NCBI GenBank assembly: GCA_965218795.1
Contig: OZ244653.1
Span: 1,088,001-1,152,000 of the forward strand
DNA from: a bacterium
Lineage (GTDB): Bacteria; UBA8248; JACPRG01; G963555815
Direction of reading: 5' to 3'
Length of the DNA stretch: 64,000 nucleotides
The notes beneath the pieces are model-generated. The model searched no databases. It was not told where the DNA came from and was given only the letters and a program-made list of their open reading frames with translations. A program made the translations under genes and the position numbers. This document shows, in pieces, positions 49,798 to 58,873 of the stretch; positions within the stretch are counted from its first letter, which is position 1, and the number at the start of each line of letters is the position of its first letter.

Positions 49798-52104
49798 TCA
49801 ATCCGTTTTTCCCTGAAGCGCCTTCAGGATCTTTTCCGGCGTAATCGGCAAGTCGCGCACCCTCACGCCGATGGCGTCGTGGACTGCATTCGCAATGGCG
49901 GCCGCCGGGGAATTCAAGGTCGACTCGGAGACGCCCTTGACCTCCAGATCGTCGATCTCCTCCGGCTCCACGAATTCCACCCGGCTTGATGGAACGTCCA
50001 GCGCCGTCGGAACCTTGTAGCCGTCGAATTGCGCGTTCGCCACCGCTCCCGAGGCCCTGTCGATCACGAGGTGTTCAGTCAACGCAAGGCCGATCCCCTG
50101 CGCAAAGCCGCCCTCGACCTGCCCCATCGCTCCAGGCGGATTCACAACCCGTCCGATGTCATGGGCGTCCACCATGTCCAGAATCTCGACCGCCCCGGTT
50201 TCCACATCGACCCCCACCTTGACGCACTGCACGCCGAACGCGGGAGGGTTCCCCGGCGGCGGGGAGGTCGCTTGGCCGACGATGGATCTCATCTCGGTAT
50301 AGTGATAGTGCTCGGCGGTCTCCCTGAAGGTAAGAGAAGGCTTCTTGGGTTCCCGAGAGAAAACCCTCCCCCTCGCCGTCTCCAGGCTCGCCGGATCTTC
50401 GCCCATCAGACGCCCGGCCGCTTCCAGAAGCCTTTCTCTCGCGTCCATCGCGGCCAGGCGCACGGAGTAGCCCGCGGCAAACGTAATCCGGCTGGCGTGC
50501 GTCGGCGCGTCGAAAGGAGCGGCATCCGAATCCGTGGGCACGACGACGACAACCTCCACGGGCACCCCCAGCACGTCGGCCGCGATTTGACTCAGAACCG
50601 TCGCCTGTCCGCACCCCTGCTCGATCGTTGCGATGTTCAGGTGGACGCTGCCGTCTTCGTTGACCTTCACGATGGCGCCGCAGAACTCGATCACCTTTGC
50701 GGGCAAATCCTTTGCCGTGTGGACCCCTGTGTTTTTCATTCCGCAAAAAGCCAGGCCCAGGCCCACCTTCTGGTTGGGAGCCGGCGGGGTCCGCGCCTCC
50801 GGATCGTCCCAGCCAATGAGCTCGCGGGCCCTGGACGCGCACCCGGGCAAAGAGCTCGACCGGATCGTCAGGTCCGTCAAAGGAGAAACTTCGCCCGGCC
50901 GGTAGACGTTTTGGACACGAAAATCGAACGGATCGAAATCCAGCTCGCCCGCGATCCGGTCCATGTGGCACTCGACGGCGTAGTTGGTCTGCACCGCCCC
51001 GTACCCTCGCATCGCACCGGAGGGGAAGTTGTTCGTATAGACCGCGAAACCCTCGAAAAGATAATTTGGGGTTTTGTAGGCCCCCACGAAGACGCTTCCG
51101 CCGACCAGAATGACGGAGGGCCCGTGATTGGCGGATGCGCCGATGTCCATCCAGGCCTTCATCCGTCGGGCGGTGAGGGAACCGTCGTGTTTGACCCCGG
51201 TTCTCACCCATATGCGGGAGGGATGCCGCGCCGTCCGGGTGAATTCCTCCTGATGGGTGTTCTCGATCCGTACGGGCCGTTGCAGGCGGAGAGCGGCCAA
51301 GGCGCAGAGCGCCTCATTGGCGATCATGTCGAGACCCTTGCCGAAGGCCCCTCCGAGGAACGGCCGGATGACGCGGAAGGTCGAGAGCGGAAGCCCCAGG
51401 CTTTCCGACAGCCGCGCGCGAAGCCCGAAAATGGATTGGGTGGTTGAGAGCACGGCCACGCGATTTCCCGTCTCGGGCCAGCAGCAGACGAGGTGCGGCT
51501 CCAGCGCCACCTGGTTCACGCGCTGTGTTTTGAACACGTCCTCGAACACTTCATCCGCCTGGGCGAAGCCTTCTTCCACCTCCCCTTTGCGGAGCGTAAT
51601 CGGCTCGTCGGGCTTGCGTAATCCCAGGCTGATGTTTCCGCGGACCCCCCGGCGGACCTCCGGGGCGCCCCGCCGGATCGCGCTTTCCAGATCGAAAACC
51701 GCCGGACCCTCCTCCCATTCCGCCTTGATCCGCGAGAGGGCCTCCTCCGCCTGATCCACCGTATCCGCAACAACCAAAGCGATGGGCTGTCCGATGTATC
51801 GGGCGACGTCATCCAGGATGACTTCGTCCTTCACCTGCACATCGGTATGCGGATTTTGCTGGTTGTAGATGGGGTTGTAGCGGTGTCGGGGGACGTCTTC
51901 ATGGCCCAGGACAAGATGAACGCCCGGGACCTTCCGGGCCTGCTCGAAGTCGAGATACAGCACGCGCCCATAGGGAACGGGGCTCCTGAAGATTTTCCCA
52001 ACCAGTGAATCGGGAAGATGAGTGTCGCAGACGAACCGGAGTCGGCCGGTGGACTTGTCGGCTCCGTCAACGCGGAGGACAGGTTGTCCAATCACAGCGC
52101 CCAT
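49798..52104 (-). CDS. Xanthine dehydrogenase family molybdopterin-binding large subunit
   Basis: GGAFGKG, AMRGYG, EQGCG, THASR, GQVEGG, KGVSE, AIANAVHDAIG. Confidence 0.94.
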   Translation of the reverse strand: MGAVIGQPVLRVDGADKSTGRLRFVCDTHLPDSLVGKIFRSPVPYGRVLYLDFEQARKVPGVHLVLGHEDVPRHRYNPIYNQQNPHTDVQVKDEVILDDVARYIGQPIALVVADTVDQAEEALSRIKAEWEEGPAVFDLESAIRRGAPEVRRGVRGNISLGLRKPDEPITLRKGEVEEGFAQADEVFEDVFKTQRVNQVALEPHLVCCWPETGNRVAVLSTTQSIFGLRARLSESLGLPLSTFRVIRPFLGGAFGKGLDMIANEALCALAALRLQRPVRIENTHQEEFTRTARHPSRIWVRTGVKHDGSLTARRMKAWMDIGASANHGPSVILVGGSVFVGAYKTPNYLFEGFAVYTNNFPSGAMRGYGAVQTNYAVECHMDRIAGELDFDPFDFRVQNVYRPGEVSPLTDLTIRSSSLPGCASRARELIGWDDPEARTPPAPNQKVGLGLAFCGMKNTGVHTAKDLPAKVIEFCGAIVKVNEDGSVHLNIATIEQGCGQATVLSQIAADVLGVPVEVVVVVPTDSDAAPFDAPTHASRITFAAGYSVRLAAMDARERLLEAAGRLMGEDPASLETARGRVFSREPKKPSLTFRETAEHYHYTEMRSIVGQATSPPPGNPPAFGVQCVKVGVDVETGAVEILDMVDAHDIGRVVNPPGAMGQVEGGFAQGIGLALTEHLVIDRASGAVANAQFDGYKVPTALDVPSSRVEFVEPEEIDDLEVKGVSESTLNSPAAAIANAVHDAIGVRVRDLPITPEKILKALQGKTD

Positions 52105-52135
52105 CGCGGGGCCTCTCTTCCAAGGCGGGGCGGGA

Positions 52136-52216
52136 GGAATTCAAGGTCGACTCGGAGACGCCCTTGACCTCCAGATCGTCGATCCTCTCCGGCTCCACGA
52201 ATTCCACCCAGCTTGA
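52136..52216. repeat. 81-bp near-identical copy of 49909-49989 (3' part of the Mo-subunit gene)
   Basis: Direct repeat with 3 mismatches by eye. Confidence 0.9.
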
Positions 52217-52293
52217 GGGTAGCACATCGTTTGGCTCTCGCCACCGACGGAGAGCCGATTTCACCCCAATGAGGTGCCAACCCGTGTGCGTGC

Positions 52294-52322
52294 TTGACAC
52301 TTCACCCTCAACAGCGTCTAAT
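52294..52322 (+). promoter_or_regulatory. Possible sigma70 promoter of the ParA-like operon
   Basis: TTGACA-17 bp-TCTAAT, then ggag RBS before ATG 52357. Confidence 0.4.
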
Positions 52323-52356
52323 TCGTCCTGTTCACCTACCTGTTTGGAGCATACAA

Positions 52357-53274
52357 ATGGCAAAGGTTTTCGCCTTTATCAACTACAAAGGCGGTGTCGC
52401 AAAGACAACATCAGCCTATCATGTTGGGTGCTGGCTGGCTGGAACAAAAGACAAGAATGTCTTGCTGATCGATATCGACCCACAAACGAATCTGACGTTT
52501 TTGTGCGCCTCTATTGAAGACTGGAAAAGGCGCAAGTCCAGGGTCGGCACAATGTATAAGAAATATTTGGACAAAAAATCCATAGATGTCAAAAAATACC
52601 TGTGGAAGACCCCTATTCGTTTAAGGGATGGGCGCCGCCATCCCAGGATTGACTTGGTGCCCTGCGATATAGACCTGATCGGGGAGGATATTGGCGGCGG
52701 TCAAATCGCCGGAGCATATCCGAGCATGGAAATGCTGAAGAAGAACGCAGAGCAGTTTATGCGTGACCGGGAATTTCTCGCTAAAACCATCAATGAAGTC
52801 CGAGACAGGTACGATTACGTTCTCATAGATTGCCCGCCAAACCTTTATTTGATGACGCAGAACGCGCTGGTTGCGAGTGATTACTATATTGTGACTGCTA
52901 TACCGGATCATCTTTCGACTATTGGTTTGAACATTCTGATCAACAAAGTCAAGAAGATCGACGATCTTGTGAAATCTGCGGCTGCTCTGGCCAGTAGAAA
53001 GGCGGGCCGTCACCGTGCTGCAGCATTCGGGGCAGTCCTTTTCGTCCGGGTGCGAATCGGAGGTGCAAGGCAAACGAATGCCCATGCGGGTATAATGAAA
53101 AGTGTTCGGTCGGAACATAGTTGCTTCGAAACGCACACGACTGAATTGATTGGATATACCGAAGCCGCGGAAAACAGCTTGCCGGTGTGGCTGCATGATT
53201 CTGACAATGCCATACGAGCCAGGAAAAAGCAGGAATACCCAAAGATCGTCGATGAACTGTTGGGGAAATTCTGA
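52357..53274 (+). CDS. ParA family ATPase (orphan, no ParB)
   Basis: NYKGGVAKTT deviant Walker A, IDIDPQTN, YDYVLIDCPP; AT-rich. Confidence 0.9.
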   Translation: MAKVFAFINYKGGVAKTTSAYHVGCWLAGTKDKNVLLIDIDPQTNLTFLCASIEDWKRRKSRVGTMYKKYLDKKSIDVKKYLWKTPIRLRDGRRHPRIDLVPCDIDLIGEDIGGGQIAGAYPSMEMLKKNAEQFMRDREFLAKTINEVRDRYDYVLIDCPPNLYLMTQNALVASDYYIVTAIPDHLSTIGLNILINKVKKIDDLVKSAAALASRKAGRHRAAAFGAVLFVRVRIGGARQTNAHAGIMKSVRSEHSCFETHTTELIGYTEAAENSLPVWLHDSDNAIRARKKQEYPKIVDELLGKF

Positions 53275-53276
53275 CA

Positions 53277-53948
53277 ATGGGTAATGCCATAAAATCGCCG
53301 GGGAAAAAGCTGGACCGCTTCCTGAACAGTTTATCCGAGTTGGTTGATACCTTGCCATCACAGGAAGCGAAGTCCCGCTTGGATCAAGAACTGAAAGCCT
53401 TGATCCAGTTCCTGCAGGATTTCCGCAAACGGTTGGAGTCGCTTCCCACAGGAGAAGACGCAGACGGCTTCACATCAACGATAGAAACGGTAAAGGACTA
53501 TGTGCGCATCGCTGAGTCAGATCCTGTAATGTCTCGTGTTCTTGGTCTTTCATCGGACAATAGCGCGTTGGGGAAGCCTTCGCGCAACTCCCTTACGGAA
53601 CAGGGCCGTAAGGATGCAAAAGCGGTAGCAAAGGAATTAAAAGAGCTGTCGTCTGAAGATGTCGAGCGTAAATTGGCAGACAAGAAGTACAATATTCCCA
53701 TGCTTAGGCAGATTGGAGGAGAACTGGGGCTCAATATCCCATCCAAGTCAACCCGGCTGTCGATAATCGAAAAAATCACCAAGAAGACGGCCAATCTTCG
53801 GGGGTACAATTACCTTAGGCATGGGCATAATGAGAGTATCAGCGGATGCGTATCCGAAGCAGAGGCGGAATCAGGCAAAAACCGGCAAAAACAGGACGGA
53901 ATTGCGGGATTTTCCACATCGGGGAACAATCTGACGGACGGTTCATGA
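53277..53948 (+). CDS. Hypothetical protein coupled to the ParA-like gene
   Basis: 223 aa, starts 2 bp after the ParA stop, same AT-rich composition, predicted helical. Confidence 0.75.
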   Translation: MGNAIKSPGKKLDRFLNSLSELVDTLPSQEAKSRLDQELKALIQFLQDFRKRLESLPTGEDADGFTSTIETVKDYVRIAESDPVMSRVLGLSSDNSALGKPSRNSLTEQGRKDAKAVAKELKELSSEDVERKLADKKYNIPMLRQIGGELGLNIPSKSTRLSIIEKITKKTANLRGYNYLRHGHNESISGCVSEAEAESGKNRQKQDGIAGFSTSGNNLTDGS

Positions 53949-54002
53949 CAACATGTTCGGAAGACGCCGTTTGGGAGGCAGGGGTTGGTGTCGCGTTCGC
54001 GC

Positions 54003-54047
54003 AAGCCCCAGGCTTTCCGACAGCCGCGCGCGAAGCCCGAAAATGGA
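54003..54047. repeat. 45-bp exact copy of 51391-51435 (internal Mo-subunit gene)
   Basis: aagccccaggctttccgacagccgcgcgcgaagcccgaaaatgga at both sites. Confidence 0.92.
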
Positions 54048-54295
54048 AGCAAGCCCTGGTTTCCCGGTGCTCCTGAAATGCCTCTCCGAGCTCCTCTTTT
54101 CGCTCCCATTCCTGCCAGACGGAATTGAAGGCCGCTTCGGCCAGTGGGTCCTTCTTGTGCGGGACTCATGCACTACGAACCTTGGGCGGGATCAGACGCC
54201 ACACCGATCCGGATACGGGTCGCCGCGCGGCCTGACAGATTCGGCTCGGAGGAGGTCTCCGATCATCCGCGGTCCGGTTCGGACCGGCGTTTCCG

Positions 54296-54766
54296 CTAAT
54301 GGTGCGGACTCGCTATCCCCTGCTTCTCGAAATACTTCTGATGATACTCTTCGGCCCTGTAGAAGGTCGATGCGCGCGTGATCTCCGTAACGGTCGGCCT
54401 CCCGAACCTTCCGGACCGATCCTGTCGCTCTTTGGACTCCTTGGCGGCTTCTTCCTGCTCGGGCGAGTGGAAAAATATCGCGGACCGGTACTGTGTGCCG
54501 ACGTCCAGCCCCTGCCGGTTCAGCGTCGTGGGGTCGTGACAGCTCCAGAAAACCTCCAGCAGGTCCCCATAGGATACGACGGCGGGATCGAATTCCACCT
54601 CGAGGACCTCTGCGTGCCCCGTTGTGCCCGAACACACATCGTGATACGTCGGATTCTCCAGCGTTCCGCCGCTGTATCCGACCGCCGTCGCCGACACGCC
54701 CTCGACCTTTCGGAACGCTGCCTCAACGCCCCAGAAACATCCCGCTCCGAACGTTGCCTTTTCCAT
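54296..54766 (-). CDS. msrA: Peptide-methionine (S)-S-oxide reductase
   Basis: [31 protein letters not shown]. Confidence 0.96.
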   Translation of the reverse strand: MEKATFGAGCFWGVEAAFRKVEGVSATAVGYSGGTLENPTYHDVCSGTTGHAEVLEVEFDPAVVSYGDLLEVFWSCHDPTTLNRQGLDVGTQYRSAIFFHSPEQEEAAKESKERQDRSGRFGRPTVTEITRASTFYRAEEYHQKYFEKQGIASPHH

Positions 54767-54842
54767 CGTTCCCTTTCCCCCTTCCGATGTCTGTCGAGCC
54801 GCCCGTCCCCGACGGTCCAATGCCTCTCCCCGGTCTCAGGCC

Positions 54843-55250
54843 CTATCTTGGCGGCAAGACCGCGATGGCTTCAATCTCCACGCTCAGGTCCGGAGGGATC
54901 AGCCTTTTGACGGCGAATGCGGAGCTCGCCGGCGGACGTTCCGGGAAATACGCCGCACGGACCGCATTCATCTCTTCGTAATCATCCGGGTCGGTCAGGA
55001 ACACGGTGACCTTCACCACATTCTCGAGCGAGCCGCCGGCCGCCTCCAGGACGGACTTGATATTCTCGAAGGCCTGGCGGGTCTGAGCGGTGACGCTGCC
55101 GTCCCCCGCCACGTTCCCGTCCGCGTCCCATCCGACGGTGCCGGATACGAACACCAGGTCTCCCGCCGGCGCCCTGATCCCCAGAGAATAGGGCCCAATC
55201 GCCGCCGGCGCCCTGTCCGTCGAGATCACCTCTTTCCACACGGAGACCAC
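54843..55250 (-). CDS. RidA/YjgF family protein
   Basis: APAAIGPYS, FVSG, QTRQAFENI, VEIEAIA. Confidence 0.92.
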   Translation of the reverse strand: MVSVWKEVISTDRAPAAIGPYSLGIRAPAGDLVFVSGTVGWDADGNVAGDGSVTAQTRQAFENIKSVLEAAGGSLENVVKVTVFLTDPDDYEEMNAVRAAYFPERPPASSAFAVKRLIPPDLSVEIEAIAVLPPR

Positions 55251-55295
55251 CCCTTCCCGATTGTCCCGGTTCAGTTCCGCGGCGAACCGGAGGAT

Positions 55296-56141
55296 TCACC
55301 CTTCATGCCTGGCCAGAAACCGATACAGCATCCGGACGCTGACCTTTTCGACCTCGTCGTGCACATCCTTGTAATTCTCGTCCAGGACGCACACGTCCTG
55401 ATACTTGACGGACTCCACGGCTTCGTCCTCCGTCATTCCCTCTTCGATCGCGGTCTCGATTCTTGAGAGAACCTCCCGCGTCTGCTCCTCCATCCTGTCG
55501 ATCGCCTCTTTTCCGCAACACGGGCCATGGCCCGGCACGATCCATTCGGCGTCAAGGCCCTTCAGCCGGTCGAGCGAATCGAGGCAGTCGCGCGGATTGG
55601 CGTCTTGCCACCAGATCAGATGATCGACGAACAGATTGTCCGACGCAAAGAGGACGCCTCTCTGAGGGACGAAAACCGCGATCTCGCCGGTGGTGTGGCC
55701 CGGCGTGAACAGGAGCTGAAATTCCAACCCGCCGACGTACAGCGTCGCGTCGCGGGAAAAGGTGATTTCCGGCTCCCGGGGCTTGTAGTCTCCGGCGATG
55801 GAAACCCCCTCCGGATCCGCTTTGGCGATCCACGGTCCCACCCCATCGATTCCAAACCCCCACAAAGGGGATTTCCGGTAAAAGCCGCTGAGCGTCTCGT
55901 CGTGGGCGATAATGGTTCCCTCAAAATAGGGGTTCCCCATCACGTGGTCCCAGTGCCGCTCCGTATTGATGATCCACCGGACCTCGCCGTGTCCGGCAAT
56001 GGCCTCCTTCCACGGATTCCAACTCGTCGGTTTCTGGGGCGTATCGATCATCACCACCCCATCGTCCGTCACGACGAATCCGGGATTGCACCCGAAGATG
56101 TTCGTTTCGGCATATACGCCTTTCGCCACCTCTTCCATCAT
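55296..56141 (-). CDS. MBL-fold metallohydrolase
   Basis: VMIDT, NTERHWDH, PGHT, SDN, VPGHG. Confidence 0.88.
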   Translation of the reverse strand: MMEEVAKGVYAETNIFGCNPGFVVTDDGVVMIDTPQKPTSWNPWKEAIAGHGEVRWIINTERHWDHVMGNPYFEGTIIAHDETLSGFYRKSPLWGFGIDGVGPWIAKADPEGVSIAGDYKPREPEITFSRDATLYVGGLEFQLLFTPGHTTGEIAVFVPQRGVLFASDNLFVDHLIWWQDANPRDCLDSLDRLKGLDAEWIVPGHGPCCGKEAIDRMEEQTREVLSRIETAIEEGMTEDEAVESVKYQDVCVLDENYKDVHDEVEKVSVRMLYRFLARHEG

Positions 56142-56198
56142 TTCCCCTGTTCGGCTGAGTCGGTGAGGTTCCCCTCTCGCCGCCGCCCTTGTGCTGTT

Positions 56199-57464
56199 TC
56201 AGCCGCTTCCCGCAAGGGCGATGGCCTCGGTCATGATCGCGCAGTCCGGGACGACCAGTCCACCCGTCCCCGCCGTCGTGCTGGCCGGCGGATTCTTCGC
56301 GTAATAGGCTTTCCGCGCCACCAGCGCCTCCGAAAGATCCCCCAGATCCGTGTGGAAGGTCCAGGTCTTGACGATTCGGTCGATTCCGCTGCCGGCGGCC
56401 TCCAGAAGTTTCTGGAGATAATCCAGACAACAGGACATCTGGGCCTCTCCCCGCGACCTGTAATTCGGGAAGTTGGGATCGATCCGGGCCTCGGGCGAAA
56501 CGCCGGTCCGGTAATCCGTCGGCAGGATCTCGCTGGTGAAAATCCAATCCCCCGCCCTCAGAGCCTGCGGCTGGTGGGTGGACGGCTCCGGGATGGCGTT
56601 CGTTTCAACCGCCTCCACCTCCAGTTCCGAATCTCCGGCCAGGGCGATGACGTCCACTTCGATCAACATTCCCGGATTGACGAGGCCGCCCTGATAGGTC
56701 GACCGCGCGGGCGGTTTTGTGGGGAAGCAGGTCTTCCAAACACGATCGTAGCCGTAGAAATTATCGATATCCGTCAGGGTGACCTGGGCCTTGACGATCC
56801 GGTCCAGACCGCTGCCGGCCTCTCCGAGAATCGTGGCGATGGTGTCCAGAACGAACTCGGTCTGCTTCTCGATGGAGGACTCGAACAGCGGAAATGCGTC
56901 ATCGGTCCTGGCTTCCGGGGCCACGCCCGTCGTGAAGTCGCTGGCCAGCACGCCCGCCAAAAACCAGAAATCCCCCGCCCGCACGGCCTGGGAATACGGC
57001 GCCAGCGGCCTGGGGGCCTTGTCCGTATTGAAGTACTCAGGCTCCACCGTTTGGTCGACTCCGATCAAATCGATCACCATCCTGCATCCGGGTATGGGAG
57101 GCAACGCCTCAATCGCGGTGCTCGCCGGAGGGGGGCCCGTCATCCGCTCTCGCCGGACGGCCAGGTGCCCGGGGAAATCCTCCATGGTTTCGTTGAACGA
57201 CAGAATCTTGACCACCCGCTCCAGGGACGACCCCGCTTCCTCCAGGATGGTGGAGACGGTGTTGTAGATGTACTCGGTCTGAAGACGAATGGGGGTAAAG
57301 AGCGTTGGGAAATCCGGGTTGCCCCGGGCGTCCGCCGCAACCGTCCGCTCAAAATCGCTTGCCACGGAACCCGACAAGAATACAAGCCCCCCCGCCTTGA
57401 TCGCCTGGGCGTACGGCGCGGCCGGCAGCGGCACTTTGTCAGTCAGGATAGTCTCTTTTTTCAT
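56199..57464 (-). CDS. Three-domain Rid (YjgF/UK114) fusion protein
   Basis: Three similar units of about 140 aa, each with PY/QA.RAG..F, LEEAGS.L.R.VK, PPA(S/R) and E/D.IA patterns. Confidence 0.88.
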   Translation of the reverse strand: MKKETILTDKVPLPAAPYAQAIKAGGLVFLSGSVASDFERTVAADARGNPDFPTLFTPIRLQTEYIYNTVSTILEEAGSSLERVVKILSFNETMEDFPGHLAVRRERMTGPPPASTAIEALPPIPGCRMVIDLIGVDQTVEPEYFNTDKAPRPLAPYSQAVRAGDFWFLAGVLASDFTTGVAPEARTDDAFPLFESSIEKQTEFVLDTIATILGEAGSGLDRIVKAQVTLTDIDNFYGYDRVWKTCFPTKPPARSTYQGGLVNPGMLIEVDVIALAGDSELEVEAVETNAIPEPSTHQPQALRAGDWIFTSEILPTDYRTGVSPEARIDPNFPNYRSRGEAQMSCCLDYLQKLLEAAGSGIDRIVKTWTFHTDLGDLSEALVARKAYYAKNPPASTTAGTGGLVVPDCAIMTEAIALAGSG

Positions 57465-57643
57465 TCAGGAGCCCTCTGTCTGGAGAGAGAATTCACGGGG
57501 CAGGCGCGGCCTGCTCCGAATTCGTCGGGCAGGGGCTCGAAATGATTCTCGATGCCTTCAGGGCGCCCGGCTCCAGCGCGCAGCGGACGCCGCGAAAGGG
57601 CATGGACTCGCCGCCTCTCAAAAAAGCCTCCCTGACATTTTTC

Positions 57644-58081
57644 TCACGCCTCGTCATCGAGCACCGCGATGGCCCGCACCTCGATCTTGCATCTCGGATC
57701 GGTCGCCAGGCAAGTGACGCCCACCGTGGTCGAAGACGGAGAGTGGTTGGGAAAAAATTCCTTCTGGGCGGCGTTGGCCAGATCCTGCTCATCCATCCTC
57801 ACGATAAAACGGCTCACGTCCACGATATCGTCCATGGTTCCGCCCGCGCCCTCAACGGTCTTCTTGATATTTTCGAAAACGATCCGGGTCTGCTCTCCCA
57901 TATCCTCGGGGATCGAATCAAATTCCTCCGGAATGTGGGGATGCGAGTGATAGACCGGCGCGGCCGTGCAACCGGCGATGAACAGAATTTTTCCTTTGTT
58001 GACCTTCAGCCCCGGGGCATAGGGCATCCATACGTCCTTTGGGGCGCCTTGATGGTGGATGACTTCGACATCCCTGGCCAT
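57644..58081 (-). CDS. RidA/YjgF family protein
   Basis: PYAPG, LFIAG, EQTRIVFENI, AGGTMDDIV, KIEVRAIA. Confidence 0.88.
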   Translation of the reverse strand: MARDVEVIHHQGAPKDVWMPYAPGLKVNKGKILFIAGCTAAPVYHSHPHIPEEFDSIPEDMGEQTRIVFENIKKTVEGAGGTMDDIVDVSRFIVRMDEQDLANAAQKEFFPNHSPSSTTVGVTCLATDPRCKIEVRAIAVLDDEA

Positions 58082-58663
58082 GAATGAAAGCCTTCTCGGA
58101 TCAGGGTGGAAACATTCGCGCCCGGCGATCTCTTCTTGCCCGGTGCGACCCAACCGATTGAGCCTGTTCGGAAATGAGACTGGATACAGGTCATTATAAA
58201 CATGAAGTCAAGGATTCCGCGAAGCGCCTCCGGGGTGAGTCATCAAAAAAATTGGGAACGAATACGGACGTGCGCCGGGCGACGGCCGGCCTGAACGGCT
58301 TTTTTCGTTTGCGCGCCGAACGCATCGCTGATGCCTTGAGCGAGTCCTGTCCGGTCCTTTCCGAACTGCGTTTTCCGTTTTGTAACAGAATGTTGAGCCG
58401 GATTTGGCCTGACGCCCGGCTCTCCCGCGCGGGCCGACCTGCACGCCCTGCCGCGTGGCTTCGTGAATATTCGACCCGCACACCGGCCGGGGCCGAACCG
58501 TCCGGGCGGGGGACCGAGGCGCACCCTGAGGCCTCGACCAACGCTGCGGACCGCGGAATGTCCAGCCGTTTCCAGGCCAAAGGACCGCATCGTTCAGGCC
58601 GGCGATATTGTGCGCGTCCGCTTTCCTGTATGATGCTTGCCCCTGGGGTTCCAGGCAGGGCCT

Positions 58664-58691
58664 ATGGATTCCCGCGGAAGCGGGAATCCAT
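58664..58691. repeat. Perfect REP-like hairpin
   Basis: atggattcccgc-ggaa-gcgggaatccat, 12-bp stem with GGAA loop. Confidence 0.7.
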
Positions 58692-58873
58692 CTTGAGGGA
58701 GAAATTGACTTACGCGACGCCTGACGATCTCGAGGCGAGTACGGGTCCACAGGAATCTCTGGAGAATGATACCCCTGGCTCGTCAAGCGTATCATTCCCA
58801 TAATTTACCTCGCGTCCCGGGATAGGAAAATCAAACGTATATCGGAGAAAAGCCGCTCCGGTGGAGGTTGTCG

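Noticed and set aside
52136-54047. Flanking repeats as attL/attR of a prophage or ICE
   Set aside because: The two flanks do not resemble each other and no integrase is present.
54296-54330. MsrA lacks a C-terminal resolving Cys (ends GIASPHH)
   Set aside because: MsrA variants with fewer cysteines are known and other Cys residues are present; not distinctive.
55527-57545. Long antisense ORFs (also 1043-2896, 28380-29708, 48054-49499, 50029-51447)
   Set aside because: Mirror frames of real GC-rich genes with no recognisable motifs.
58174-58803. ORFs or a structured RNA in the long divergent intergenic region
   Set aside because: ORFs look like shadows and no riboswitch consensus was recognised; an Rfam/Infernal scan would be needed.
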